Assembly (NCBI GenBank): GCA_051362555.1
Contig: CM120648.1
Coordinates: 13,512,587 to 13,576,586, forward strand
Origin: Lingula anatina
Lineage: Eukaryota; Animalia; Brachiopoda
DNA: 64,000 nucleotides
Reading direction: 5' to 3'
The translations under genes and the position numbers were made by a program. Each line of letters starts with the position of its first letter. Position 1 is the first letter of the stretch. The notes beneath the pieces were generated by a model. That model worked only from the letters and a program-made list of their open reading frames with translations, did not search any database and was not told where the DNA came from. Shown piece by piece: positions 1 to 13,698 of the stretch.

Positions 1-395
1 GAGATTAGGTTTTTATGTTGATCTGAATACTTTTAAATTAGAAGATCTACAGTGATGATTGGGCATTGAAAGTGCCGCTGGACAGAATCTGACATCATTC
101 GAAAAGGAAACTGATCTGAGAGAATTTTTTTGTGATTTTTAATTTGCATTATTCTAAACAAATAAAAAATAACAAATATGGACTAAAAGAGAGATTTCAG
201 CCTGTTTAATACGTATAATTTTTCACGCCATATCGCAAATGATTTGATATAATAGAGCACGAAGTGCTTTATGAAATTTGCCTACTTTTCTTTCTCTTGT
301 ATAACCCTTGTTTAAAAACTTCCAGTTCTGGGGGAATCTATCCAGCGCGGACGGCTCTAATTTCTTTGTTGAATATAGGAACTTTTATCTGCGGT

Positions 396-575
396 GATTA
401 ATAGGTGCCAATCAAAGCTGTCAAATTTGACGGTTTAATTGACAGTTATATAAACATACATCAATCACAATCATCCCGCAAAGTAACTTTTACCGCCTGT
501 GATTGATGGGTGCCAATCAAAGCTATTAAAAGTGGATGGCTTGATTGCCAGTTATGTAAACAAACGTCAATCATC
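396..575. repeat. Two diverged direct copies (~105-bp period), possibly inside an old MITE spanning ~324-651
   Basis: GGTGCCAATCAAAGCT...ATTG.CAGTTAT.TAAACA...TCAATCA occurs twice. There are weak inverted ends, CTGGGGGAA (~329) and TTCCCCAG (~637). Confidence 0.6.
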
Positions 576-829
576 ACACTGTCACTGCAGATCAAGTATA
601 GCTGTCGAACAGTGAATACGCCGTGGAGATGGCGCTTTCCCCAGACGTACTGATATAAGTGAGATAAGATAAAAAGAACTAATCCGACGTCAGCTAGTGT
701 AATGATTAAAGGTATATAAGAAACTAAAGACGTACAGTAATGTGTTCATCATCTTTTAGTCACGTTCTGTTTATGATGATTGACTTTTGCGAAACTTCAG
801 GTGGGAAGTAATTTTCACCCCATTTGCAG

Positions 830-1006
830 CATTTTTCTTTTTGTCTTTTTCTTTTCTTTATTTTCTTTCATTCATTCTTTCTTTTTTCTTTCTTTATTGA
901 TTTATTTATTTACATATATTATTTATATATTTATTTAGTTACAGTGTAGTTGGTTAGTTACTTTTTTGTTTCTTTGTTTTTGTTTCTTTGTTTGTTTGCT
1001 TGTTTC
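830..1006. repeat. Low-complexity T-rich tract (TTTC, TTTA, TTTG)
   Basis: Seen directly. Confidence 0.8.
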
Positions 1007-4000
1007 CAAAAATATGTTTTATGTCATTTAGTTCTACCAGATTTTAAAATACATTGTTTCCCTTCGTCAGCGTGACATGGGTTCCGCACACCGCTGTGGG
1101 GAGACTGTGTGGAGTTGGTTGAGTTAGTGGCGCAGAACACTATCACCGAGAATTTCGACCCCTGAAATTCTCATGCGCATTTCTGCGTCAATACATGTGG
1201 ATTACGTGATGGTCTTCGTGTTGTATGTTGACAGGTAAAGCCCCCGTCACACTTATTCGGAATCAGCAGAAATCAAACAGATCCAGCCGGAATGACTAAA
1301 TTTAAAAATTCGTACTACAGGCAGTTTAGGACTGCGGTAGGCTAGCGCGTAATGGACATCTACCGGCAGTATCATTTATAATTATAACTGTGTTATACTT
1401 TTTGTTCTATTTGTTTTTCTTCTATTTGTATTTCCTCTCCTTTTTTTTTTACATATTTCTTTGGTGTCACTATATTTGGGTACCTTTTATTTTCATTTTC
1501 TAAGTATTACTTGGTTTTTCCTCACTCTAAACTGACTTGCTGATTTTACATCAGTGTACATGTACTTTACTGTACTAAATTTCTCTTTTCTTAGCATTGT
1601 AGATGCACTAACGCCCACCTTTTTGTTTAATACCATTTGATTTTCTTCCTGTTTCTGTGCGTGTGTTGGTTGGTTAAACGAGGATAAATTATATTTCGCG
1701 TTTCAGATATTGTTGTTTTAGGTAGAAATCGTGCTACATAAAAAATACCCCATATTGGGCTATGTACCACAATTAGACTAAATGTACAAGAAATTACACC
1801 ACCCGTTGTTATACATTGTGCAATTCATTGTTCAGTGCGGTTTTATTTAATAGTAAAAATTGGAATAGCGTCAATAAGTCTCAAATTACGACGAATTTCT
1901 TGCGTGATACTTTAAAGTTTTGTTTACTACACATATCCGTAATGTCTATGAACGTGGTCTCGCATATTTTACAGCAATCCTTCCTGAAAAGCAGGACGAT
2001 CACTTCCCCGTGGCGACCGCTCACAGGAATGATACGACTACAGACTGCACTCAAGCTCAACCCTTCTTACTGACAGTCAAGATATTGTTCCACGGGGCAT
2101 CCCATGCAGACAAGGAAACAGACGACAACAGCATGTTTCCCTGGGGCCCACTCTATGCTGGGGTGAAGATGGCATTGGATATACCTGGGGATGACATGGC
2201 GGTGGCGGTCACGTCTGGAAATGTAGCTTAGAATATCAACCTGGAATTCGACATGCCCGAAGCCGCGGTAGATATGCCAGAGCGGGTCGCTCCACTAGGA
2301 GAATTCGAATTCAATTTCAGCTAGATGGAATTAACCCTAACATGTAGGGGGTATTTTCGAACTTTAAAACTGGATATGATTACAGCAGTGACTTTAGACG
2401 TTTATGCATTCAGCTATCGACTTGAAACTTATACATCAAATAAGCCAGTGTGAAGACTTTCATTTTATTTTACCAAGAGAGAGCTTTACTTATTCATATT
2501 CAAATATACACAGGAAATCATTATCTTAAAAGTGAAAGCCTTCTAAAGTTAGGACTTTTAACGGTTGTTAGGTATTATTTGTTATGATTATAGAAAAACT
2601 TAAACGTTTAACTAAATTTTTCAAATTTTCTCGTTTTACTTTAAATTTAGAAATATATTCTGTACGTGCCACTAATTCTAAATGAATCAGTATATTTGTT
2701 AACCGTGCCAACCTCCGGACGTGATTAGTGAGTAAATAAAGTGTATAAACATGTGCAATAAACAGATTTTCTTTACAGTTTTTGGTGCCCGTGTGTAAGT
2801 AAAAAAGACTCGGTCTTACATTTCCACCTGCAGTACTTACAGGCAATTTTATTTAGATATATTAAAAATAAATCCAAGCTACGCTCGGATTTGGAAATTG
2901 TCGGAAGGATACTCTGTTTAGATGTTTAGAAGATTGAAGATATGGAAAATTAATTTTTCCTCTAAAAAATATGCAAAAAAATTATTGAATTAATATATGC
3001 AGTTCTATTAACTAAATAAATGTCATAATCATAACAGTTATTCACTATCTTACTGATTTATTTATTTATTTCATTATTTATTTATTTATTATAACACTAT
3101 AACCAGAGCAAAGGTTATTTTGCTGATGCATATTGTTTGTTTATTAGTTTATTTATGAAATCATTTACTTTTATCTGAAGCGCTTACTTCGCTTAAAACA
3201 AGGATGCCTATCTCTGCCGGGCTGACTTTAACAGATAAGTAATCAAACCATCAACCATATAATTATCGATCCCTTGTCGTTTACTCTAATGGGTGAGATT
3301 TAATTTGTGTAAAAATATACAAACAATGAACAGATTACTTTCTCGATAGAATTAAAGATAAGATTATTGTAAAGCCATTTCATCTGCAGAGGAAGACACA
3401 ATACCAAGTGTTATTTCGCTGGTGGTCTTTACAAACATAATATCACTACTATTTGTCTCAACATATCCGCTGTCATCTGGGGTTCTCTTTTCCTATAATG
3501 CACTAATTCATAAAAACACTGCGAAATATATGAATAGTTTGATATAGAATTATATTTTGTTTGCATATCATTACTTTCAAAAAGAAAAATACCTCATCTC
3601 CCTTTACTGTAGAGGAGATAGTGGTACATGTGTCAGAGGAGGCACTTGAATTAAGAACAGCAGTTGTGCAGACAATTCGTCATCTATTACTGAGAAATTC
3701 TTCATACAATGACACACGTCCGTAGACAGAAAGTTCATGGAGGGGGAGGGGGATTTTTTCTGAAAAAGTGGTCCTTTAGCATAAAATCTTCGTGGTCCTA
3801 TATCAAATTTTACTCAGAGCGGACCTTTTTCCGTCAAAAAGGGCTGTTATATTGCCAAGCTAACAACATCTATTCGCATACCCCCAGATCCTTAGCTTAC
3901 TTTTGGAGCTGCCATACGTCAACATGTAATATTACACCTAGGTAATTACTAGTGATTACTGTGAGGAAGAAAGCTGCAGAGCTTAAAAAGCCCATAAGGT

Positions 4001-4272
4001 TGTTAAAAACCCAGATCTTCGAGGATATGACAACCATTTTGAGCAATCCTGTATATAAACATAAAGATAAAGATAAGATGACTTAACCCACGGCAAAGAA
4101 ACACGTATAGTTTTCATGTTGTCGAATTCAATGAGTCCTAAAATTTATCTGTAAACATATTCATTTCTGGGGAGTTCACAACTGCGGACAGGGATCACCC
4201 CGGTCCCGTAGTATCGCTAAGTTGGGGCTGTGCTGAGGGTTACTGCAAAACTGGCTGAGCCGACTTACCCGT

Positions 4273-4445
4273 TACATTGGCCCACGCCACTGGCTACACT
4301 GGCCCACACCACTGGCTACACTGGCCCACGCCACTGGCTACATTGGCCCACGCCACTGGCTACATTGGCCCACGCCACTGGTTACATTGGCCCACACCAC
4401 TGGCTACATTGGCCCAAACCACTGGCTACATTGACCCACACCACT
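4273..4445. repeat. 22-bp minisatellite, ~8 copies
   Basis: Unit TACAYTGGCCCACRCCACTGGC in tandem. Confidence 0.95.
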
Positions 4446-4682
4446 CTTCATAGCCTAGCCTTCTCTCGTGCTTCACGGCCACATAGAACTGGAATCACTA
4501 CGCTTATAATTAAATACGCTACTCGCACAAAAGCGACAGCACCGGTTACGATTACCCCTTAATAAATAAATCTGTTAATTGCAGTCAAATCACGAAGCTT
4601 GAAACTTGATGTTTTCGACATTCATGGAAAAAGGAGCTGAGAAATTTTGTGGGCAAGTGCGTATATGTAAGTAGCCCGTGTA

Positions 4683-5024
4683 AGGGTGTATTCCCAGAGA
4701 TTTAGATCAATCCAGGGATTAAAATTTAGATCGATCTAACTCCCTGGGGGTTCAAGCTAAATTGCAGTCAGCCGAGCGCGCACCATAGTTAATTACCCCC
4801 TATCAGCTTTCAGTAGGCGGGACAGACGCTTAAGCCGGCTAAGCTGACAGTAATCTAGTGAGACTCCCCACAGGGATAGATCGATCTAAAATCTATGGAA
4901 ATGGGGTATAACACGCTGAGGTATAAGCCGCTCGGCTGACTGCAATTTAGCGTGAACCCCCAGGGGGTTAGGTCGATCTAAATCTTAATCTTTAGATCGA
5001 TCTAAATCTCTGGGAAAGCACCCT
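4683..5024. mobile_element. MITE (non-autonomous DNA transposon) with ~95-bp terminal inverted repeats
   Basis: AGGGTGTATTCCCAGAGATTTAGATC...GCTAAATTGCAGTCAGCCGAGCG mirrors CGCTCGGCTGACTGCAATTTAGC...GATCTAAATCTCTGGGAAAGCACCCT. It is flanked by TA on both sides (or TAA/TTA), so the superfamily is ambiguous between PIF/Harbinger-like and a TA-target type. Confidence 0.85.
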
Positions 5025-5391
5025 TAGCAGTGTGTCCTCACTGGCTGACTAAAACCTGTTCACACTACCTGCATATGGACAGTGCAGGCCTACATATAAT
5101 GTGGGAATTTTTTCATCAACTTGAAAGTATCATAGAAGTATGAAAGTATGAAGTACAGTGATTGGACCCGTTTGGACCCGTATTCAATCGCCATAGATTA
5201 TATGGAAATAAAGCTCTAAAAACAGCAAAGCTCTTGGAATAATTTATCAGTCGTATTTGGTTAGAACAGCATTGGACATCTATATTAAGTACATGCATGT
5301 CTATGTATGGAATACGATATTTTTCAGTTTTTGGTAAAATCTTATATAATTTAACTGCTTAAATTTGTTAAAAGAATAAAAAATGAGAAAA

Positions 5392-5436
5392 TGTGTGTGT
5401 GTGTGTGCGTGTTTGTGTGTGAGTGTGTGTGTGTGT
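5392..5436. repeat. Imperfect (TG)n microsatellite
   Basis: Seen directly. Confidence 0.9.
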
Positions 5437-5713
5437 ATTTGCGCGAGCGTGTGCATATGGAATGGGGGGCGGCGGGGGCACATTATTCTTATTTTTTATA
5501 AAGGACTACCCTTTTCCTTTCTCCTGGTCTGTCAAAAGTCTTTATGTTTCATTAACTCAGCGTCTATATGATATAAGAAGCGTACTACAGGCTGTAGGAC
5601 TACAAAATAACATGCATGTATTGCAGGCCATCGGCGGCTGCCCCTCCCCCCCCCCTCTCGAGTCACCCTGCAAACACAGAATGTTATCATAACATTACCA
5701 TAACGCTTATATA

Positions 5714-5748
5714 CCCCCCCCCCCCCACACACACACACACACACACAC
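5714..5748. repeat. Poly-C joined to a (CA)n microsatellite
   Basis: Seen directly. Confidence 0.9.
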
Positions 5749-8700
5749 CTCAATGATGCAAGTGGGGAAGAAAATGATAGCTTTTCGTCGTCATATTTCA
5801 TTTCTTTCTCAGCCAACCATCCCCGTAACAAAAAGAAATCAAAGCTAGGCTCGAAGGCGGAGGCTTTCAGCTGACGGCGGACTGTTTAAAAAATGCCCGT
5901 GAAAGGCTTAAAATCCATGTAAAATAAGAATAAATAATTTTTTCATTTTTTACTTAAAATTCAAATTTCTTGGCTGCCGTTCTCTTAAAATAGCGTACAC
6001 AAGTAAGAGCATCATAGTGTCAACCGGTAGAAATTCGTATCACCTATTGGGTTTTTTTTCCTGTATTCTTTCACCTAATAGGGCGATAGTAGGTGCCTGG
6101 GCGAAGGGGGCGGGTCCACACTCTAAAAATAGTTCTGATAAAAGACTTCTGACCACAAATCGATCTTCACGCATAGATTTTGAGCCTTTCTTAGTGATCA
6201 CAAGACAAAGCTGTTTTCATCATGTTAGGCTATTTTTTTTTCTGTTTCACTTCCTTACAATGACCAAAAATGTTACCTAGACCCTGTCAAACAAAAGCAA
6301 ATTTCCAATTTAATTCTTTTCGATTTGACAAATTGTAAACTTTTACATATTTTACCGCTAGATACAGATGTTTTCCCATTCTATTTTTGGTATTTAGAGA
6401 GTGTGAACGATGTCATTTGGTACAGCTTAGAACAATGAATCAGATAGTCAAAATTCTAATTTCAAGAGGGGACCATTGTTGTGATTTTTATCAGAAATCG
6501 AAGGGAGGGGGCCAGGACCCCCCTTAAACTCCCCCCCCCCCCCAAATCTGCCATTGTACAGCACACTGTAGTTTATGGCCAACACCTAACACCACAGTAC
6601 GTCAGGAGGGCGCCAGGGAGCGATGCGCTGCAAACGACACATTACATTCACAAATGGAGGTGAAGGCTATCTAAGGAAAATATGCATTTACTCATATGTA
6701 AAGTGTGGTGCAACGAAGGAGATAAAGATTTTTTAGATTTATTTTCAGGAAATGCCAAGAAAAAGTCTGATATCCTCTTCTCTAAATAAGTAGAATAAAC
6801 AAATGCTTCCAACTTCACTTGTTGATGTTTACAAACACTTGAGTTTATATACTACCTAAAAACAGGCCAATTTCCGCACTTAAACAGACTAAAAACGCAT
6901 TTTGACTCGATCAAAAATTTAATTGTTTAATGAAAAATGTAGTTTTTGACACAGGTCAAGCGGTATTAAGTTTAATTTACTTGTGTATCACGAACGTTAT
7001 TAAGAAGCACGCAATCGGATGATTATCAATTTATACAATTACAAGTTATCTTAAAAATTTCCCTGTGAACCTCTACGAAAAGGAACTGTAGTGGCCAACA
7101 AGATTTTCAATTCTGAAACTCTTTAACTTCTGAATATTTTGACTGTAATGGTTATTTTTTCTCTCAGTTTTCGCATTATTTTTTGCTTCAAAGAAAAAAA
7201 AGGAGAATGAGAGAGAGAGAAAATATCCCAATCAAATTCAACCTCATCGAATACAAATAAATAGAAATGCAGTCAAAATTTGAATGGTTTGCCGATATCC
7301 ATTTCCACTCACTTGGAAACATTAGATACGCATTTTTTACCTATCAGGATATATCATAATTATAACCGGATATCTTTGATTTTCACCCAAAAGTCGTGTC
7401 GTCTGCAGCTCAACTCTGAGGCACGTTTACTATCTGTTCTTCACTCACGCAATGATTGTGTTAGTGCAGAAAATTACTTTCTGGCCAGGTGACAACTGAA
7501 AACATTGATAAGATTTTTTGAATCACCATCAAGATCATCAAAGCCATCAAGATCATCACCATTACAGATCTCTGATATGAACATTACTTCCGGCCCAGTC
7601 TTATATTACTTTGAGAGACTTAATTTGCATATAAGAGAAAAATGCATTTTTTTCTGATTTTGACCTGTCTCCAATTTTTTTCATTATTTTCAAAAAGTAG
7701 TGTCCTCTTTTGCTCACAAATTGGAACACTTTGATCCACACGCACTGTTTGTAAATTATGTAATTAGAAATAACTTTTATATCACAGATGTGTAATCACG
7801 TTTTCGCTCCACAGCCATAAAACTCATGTTAGCTGCATCGGTATAAAAGTAGGTCAATTGCCTGTATAAAATTGCCATACGATTATTGATTTTTTAGTAT
7901 GGACCGTTTTATGGGGGAGACAGTAATGGTAGATGTATTAAGGTGCTAGCAAAATGTTTTTTGTTGCATGGGGTTACTAAAAGCAGATTAGATTGCAAAG
8001 TTTTAAAGAACAAAGTAAAAGTAGTCCACATCTCCAGCTTCACCGTGTAGGACTTTATGTAGATGCCACGGTCCCTCTCTATTACATCTGACTCTCCCTA
8101 AAAATTTTGCGGACCGCGTTAACTGTTCAGGTCCCGGGAAGCGGAGCATCCAGCGTGGTGGCAGACACAGGTGCTCTGCAGACGTAACATTGCATTCACA
8201 GGAGGGGGGAAAGGTTTTCTAGGAAAATGTTGTCTTTAATTACATATGGCGAATAACGTTATAAAGGAAAGAAAATTGACATATTTGAATTTATATTGAC
8301 GAATTGCAATGAAAGATACTGATATTTCTACTCAAAATTGGCAGAATAAAAAAACGCAAATGGAGATAACCTGTCTCCCCTCAGAACCCTTCCATGGAAT
8401 ATCCTATCCGCGAGCTTTCAAATGGCTTTCGCAGTCCTACATGCTGAGTTTGTATGGTAGAAAGGAGGCGGGGGAGGGGGGGGGGCGAATTCATACAAAA
8501 ACATAATTTTGGGGGTTCAAGCACAGTAATACACACAGCTTTATTATTCGACCGAAATCGATGGTTTTATACATGATATATTTTATACAATAAAACATTT
8601 TATTTTAAATGATAGAGCTGAATTGAGAGCGTTGGCAAAGGGGAAGAGCAGTTTTGTATCCAAGCCCACTGCTGTTGATTATGCTTGTCTGCACATTCCG

Positions 8701-8821
8701 TACTTTATTACAATTTTGATCTGATTCGTTTTCTTTTTTGATGATTTAGCTAGGATAAACAGGGGACAGACGCACAACTTAACGCATTGGATTTGGCTCT
8801 CCTCCACCTTCGTGTGTGTTT

Positions 8822-8823
<2 letters not shown>

Positions 8824-8854
<31 letters not shown>
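8824..8854. repeat. (GT)n microsatellite
   Basis: Seen directly. Confidence 0.95.
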
Positions 8855-8856
<2 letters not shown>

Positions 8857-10005
8857 TGTGTGACTTTAGTGAATGTGGAGGGAGGGTGTATATCGTTTTC
8901 AAGTACTGCCGTGTCTTGACAAGATACCAATATCAGTAAAAATTAATTGTAGCGCGTTTATTCATATTGACTTCAAAACCATGATTTTGTATGTTTTATA
9001 TTCAATTTCATTTGCTTTGAGCTGTATTTGTCGTTCAGATTTCATTTTTAATTTAAAATTATCCTTCCTTCTTTCTTTTTCCTTTTTTTTTTTTTTGTTT
9101 TGTTTTAATTCTGAATAGTAAAATTTGTGATTTTCAAGTAACAACCGCTTTGTTATAGACAGGTTTGTTCATGATTCTCTTAATTAGTGACAGTATTGCT
9201 AGCAAGAATGCCTCTAATCCGTTCTCTAGCGCGATATTTCCTACGTTAACACTCCTACATGTATTTACGGTTTTGATATGGACTGTTTAAACTTCGCGCT
9301 TCGAAGTATGATGGCGATGAAGATAAACGTGTCGAGATTTAGCGTATATTCGAAATGATAATAGACAAAATAATCTTCAGATTAAATTAAAGTTCAGTTT
9401 ATTTGCCATGAAATTTGTCCGATATTTTATTGATTCATGTGCCAATATATGTTTGCAATATCTACTTCATGTAAGAGTGGCAACAGCAGCAGTTCGCTTT
9501 TCACTGCTAGAGACTTCTTGCTTGCCTTGATTGTATCTGTAATACAAAGTAAAAGAGTAGTTAATTGATAGCTATGTACAATAATAAAAAATAAGAAGAT
9601 GAAGAAGAAACGAAAACAATAGAAAAATACGTCTTACGAAACTTGGAGCTAGTATCAAGCACCACCGCAGAACAAACAGTCACCATTTTATAAGGACACA
9701 TACGCGACTCAAGACAAAGACGGATTGTCGAGCAGAAGTTCATGAAAATATCGAACGCTTTTAAAAAAGGACTTAAAAGAGATATCTCAACGAATATTAT
9801 TCTTGTTTTATTGTCACGCAATCTTCAATCTTAACCTTTATCACGCACTTTTAACTTCGCGTCCCTTTTACATGCAGCATACGTCAAGCAGTCGTGGATT
9901 TAGGGGGGGGGGGGGGTCAGGGGGTCCAGTTTATTATCATAAAGGAGGTCTGTTTTCTGATTCTGGTCCGAGGACCAATTGGTTGTGAATTTGACAAAAG
10001 ATAAC

Positions 10006-10007
<2 letters not shown>

Positions 10008-10038
<31 letters not shown>
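10008..10038. repeat. (GA)n microsatellite
   Basis: Seen directly. Confidence 0.95.
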
Positions 10039-10042
<4 letters not shown>

Positions 10043-11627
10043 CACTCTAGATATCAGAGTCACACATGGAGTTTTCACTAGATAGTCACACATATGAATA
10101 AAATGTAAAGATTTTTGTAATATTTTTTAAAAGATTACTGTTTATGATTTGAACGCAAAGGACGACAGCGTTTGTTATGTTATGTAAAAGCAGTATTGAC
10201 GACAGCTACCATCTGAGTCCTCATGGGGATCGAACTTCCAACACGGTTGGAGGTACGTTGTGTAGATTAATAATAACATTCTCGCTCTTTCTTTGGTGAG
10301 TTTTTCAATGCGCACGGAACAATGTAGAAAATTAGGAATTAACGTCTCAGAAAATGTCTACAATGTTTATCTTAAATAAGCAATAAGTAACATGCAGCTA
10401 CTTTTGCGTGTCGCCTGGCTTTAAAAAACAAAACAAAAAATCCTTCGTGGCGTCTTTTTGCTGCAGATCATTAATTTGAGTTGTTTAATGCCTTTCAAAT
10501 ATTTTAGCCATTAATAAAATCTTCATTTTAGTTAAAAGCAATGATTGTAGGTCCCACTGGGTATAGTCGTTATCCATGAAAGCCACTTGTCATTCCCTGA
10601 GATGCTCGCAACGTTCTTGTCATCTGTGAAGCACCCCATTCCCGTGACTCGTGAATAGCGGATTTTTATCCCTCGTCCCTAGTGAAACGAAGTCATTATA
10701 CTTGGTGAAAGTTATTTTCAGCTTCCCGGGCTCGCATTTTCAAGGAGATATGAATGAAGTTTTAAAATAGTTAATGTGATTTGTTATTTGATGATTTTAT
10801 TTCCCGCGGTCGTGAACTGTGATCACTCCCCCCTCCCCTTCCCAGCGGGACCCTCATGTTTAGCTAGACGATATTGATAGGGAACAATCATGTTTTACAC
10901 GAAACACGACAAAACTGCTTTAAAAAAATTGAAAGACCTTCTTTACCATGCACTGTGAAAAATACACTTGGAATCATGAAGGACAAAATTTCATACTACT
11001 TTCAAGGACAGTCTAGCGCAGTATTTAGCGCAGACTATACAAGTTAAGTAGGCCTACATGTAGGCCTACTCGTAGCTTTGCAAGATATTTTAAAGGCAAG
11101 ATTATTGTCAAGTACATGTAGTATAGCCTACTCTTAAAGGTAATTACTCCAAATGTGAAAGTCCTTAAATACTCCATTTGCTCATACTGGTAACTTGAAA
11201 TTAAGCGTTGTGTTAGCAGTGCTGTGATCCAGTGAAAGTTGAAGCAAAAAATAAATAAATAAATAAATAAAAATAAAAAGAATATAAGATTACCCTTTTA
11301 AGTGAAAATTATATAAGTAATCAATATCTAAACAAAAATCAAAAGATATAATAACTTGGGACGCAGAGTGAAACTGCAGCGCGCTTCAATGTGACCGGAT
11401 GTACCGAGATCACTCGTACCGAGATGTGACCGAGTATTCACTGCGGATTTTCTTTGACCTACTTAGTTTACATACTTCGGCGGAGCGGTGATACTTTATG
11501 AATAAAAATGTTATACCAAGGACAAGATATATTTACGAGTAACCATTAAAGTTTGATCTGGAGCTGTTGGACATTCCACGATCCCTGCATCCCTTTTAAT
11601 GCATACAAAGACATTTTTGATGACAGA

Positions 11628-11636
11628 AGGGTAAGT
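11628..11636 (+). promoter_or_regulatory. Consensus 5' splice donor AGG|GTAAGT (possible end of a first exon)
   Basis: A full GTAAGT match lies ~200 bp downstream of a CpG-containing patch (11360-11490). This is motif evidence only. Confidence 0.3.
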
Positions 11637-12732
11637 ACTTTGTTGTAGCTGTTGGTAGGTATATCAGAATGCTCTAGAGGTGCTACAGTCAATCTTGTCC
11701 TGCAGCAGCACTGGCTCGCCTGTGACCAGCGACCACTGAGACGCCTCGTTTAACAAAATTCTTCTACTCCTAAATGGTAATACTTTGTGAAAGTATAGAA
11801 CATTTGTGATCTTATGCTACAAATCCCATGAAACTTGATCAAGGCGAAGTATGTTTTTAAGTTGGCATGAAAGCGCTCAATGGTCACAGCTTTCTGGCTA
11901 AAATGAGAGGACATGCACTTTTGCCCTAATATTCATATTTAAAAACTCGTTACTGTGACATTTCCTTTAATTTTAGAGATAATATCATATTCCAGAAAGT
12001 ATAACATTCTGGATAAAAAGATCTTTCAGAAGATAAAACTTGTGTTTATATCTGGCACATTCTAATTTTTTCTTATATAGGCCTATACCTACTGTTGGAA
12101 CTCATTGGTTGTAGTGATCTGGTACCTGAAGTCTTGAGAGTTGAAAGTCAGAGTTGGGTTGGTTTGCAAGGGAAATAAAAAAAGAAGAGAGAGAGAGAGA
12201 GATGAAGCTGCAGAGACTAAAGCTAGAGGATAGACAAAGGGATCTGATGATCCTAGGGTTATAATTAAGTGTCATACAGTAGATCTGGATTCCCGGAAAA
12301 ATCTGAGGTAATTAAAACATCAGAATTGTCTTTATCTCTCTTTAAAAGCCTCCAACTGGAGTGTAGTAATGGCGTTGCATGTTAGGAATTTATTCATATG
12401 TAGCCATGCAAGTATAACAATGCATTACAATGCTGCATCAGGACTGCACCATTCCTGCATTGGATATACTGTTGTGCCTCATTTTAAAGCATGCTGGGCC
12501 AACTAAAGATGCAATATTACAGCAGATGCCCTTCAAAATTGGGTTAAGAGTGCCAATCTAAAATAGAAAAATGAATATTTCTGTTTTTCACTTATCAGTT
12601 GTTTTTAGGGACATGTAGATTTTGGTTTTTTAAAAAATGTGACGTTAGTGCTAAAAGATCTGCAAGGAGTGTAAATAAATGCCTAATCCGTTTAAGACTG
12701 GGTTCCCATGCCTAGAACGATCTAACAGGATT

Positions 12733-12914
12733 GATCCATCTCCAAGGTGTTTCTTGTTAAATTGCTTTCAGCTTAAGTGGCTTAGTTGTCTGGCATGCCC
12801 ACTGAAGCTGCTAAACGATAGTTAATTACCCCTAGCAGCTTCAGTAGGTGTGACAGACATTTAAGCCTATTAAATTGATAGCAATTTAGCGAGAAAACCC
12901 CTCTGAGATGGATC
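12733..12914. mobile_element. Degenerate fold-back element related to the MITE at 4683-5024
   Basis: The arms pair: GATCCATCTC/GAGATGGATC, TTAAATTGCT/AGCAATTTAG and ACTGAAGCTGCTA/TAGCAGCTTCAGT. 12818-12916 aligns by eye with 4785-4885 (ATAGTTAATTACCCC...CAGCTT.CAGTAGG..GACAGAC). Confidence 0.75.
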
Positions 12915-13175
12915 GATTCACCATTAGTACTATAGGGTCTGAGAATGGTCCCTATAAGGCCTGAGTCACAATTGTTCCCAGCGGCCTCCAAAATCTATTT
13001 TAAACTTGTCTCAGTTCAGTCACTGCAACTATGATGTCTGCCATATTAGGATGGCATTTGGGAGTTTAATGTAGTTTTAATATTCTGCTGGCATTGGTGG
13101 ACTGTAAAGGTTCTCTCTTTTTATTAAGATAATTGGTGTCACTAAATTAGTATAATCTAATGTCTCTTTTTTCAG

Positions 13176-13698
13176 CTGGCTGTCCTGAAAAAAAAGTAAT
13201 CTGAGATAGTTTCTATGTAATCAGGATGAAGGCGGATCCCTGTCCTGAGGAGAAAAAAGTAATCTGAGATATTTTCTATGTAATCAGGATGAAGGCGGAT
13301 CGCTGTCCTGAGGAGGAAAAAAGTAATTTGAAATAATTGCTACATAATCAGGATGAAGGCAGAGTGCTGTCCTAACAAAAAGGAATCTGAGATAATTTTT
13401 ATGTAATCAGGATGAATCAGGATGGCTGTCATGAGGAGAAAAAAAGTAATCTGAGATCATTTCTATTTAATCACGATGAAGTTGGATCACTGTCCTGAGG
13501 AGAAAAAAGTAATCTGAGATCATTTATATTTGATCAGCATGAAGGCGGATGGCTGTTCTGAAAAAAGAAGTAATCTGAGATAATTTATATTTGATCAGGA
13601 TGAGGGCAGATCGCTGTCTTGAGGAGAAAAAAAGTAATCTGAGATAATTTCTATGTAATCGGGATGAAGGCGGATCGCTGTCCTGAGGAGAAAAAAAT
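13176..13698. repeat. ~62-bp minisatellite, ~8.3 copies
   Basis: The unit is approximately GCTGTCCTGAGGAGAAAAAAGTAATCTGAGATAATTTCTATGTAATCAGGATGAAGGCGGATC, with periods of 59-64 bp because the A-run varies. Confidence 0.95.

Noticed and set aside
1236-1253. Harbinger-like terminus TAA-AGCCCCCGTCACACT
   Set aside because: No matching opposite end was found in the window.
1816-2330. GC-richer patch with ORFs of 85 and 103 aa
   Set aside because: There is no recognisable domain or coherent exon structure. It may be a decayed transposon, but I cannot support that.
4230-4562. 110-aa repetitive ORF
   Set aside because: It is a product of the 22-bp minisatellite, whose period is not a multiple of 3.
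11049-11068. Perfect palindrome TAGGCCTACATGTAGGCCTA
   Set aside because: It is built from TAGGCCTA and TACATGTA words that recur elsewhere in the flank, so it is probably a compositional habit of this genome and not a specific element.
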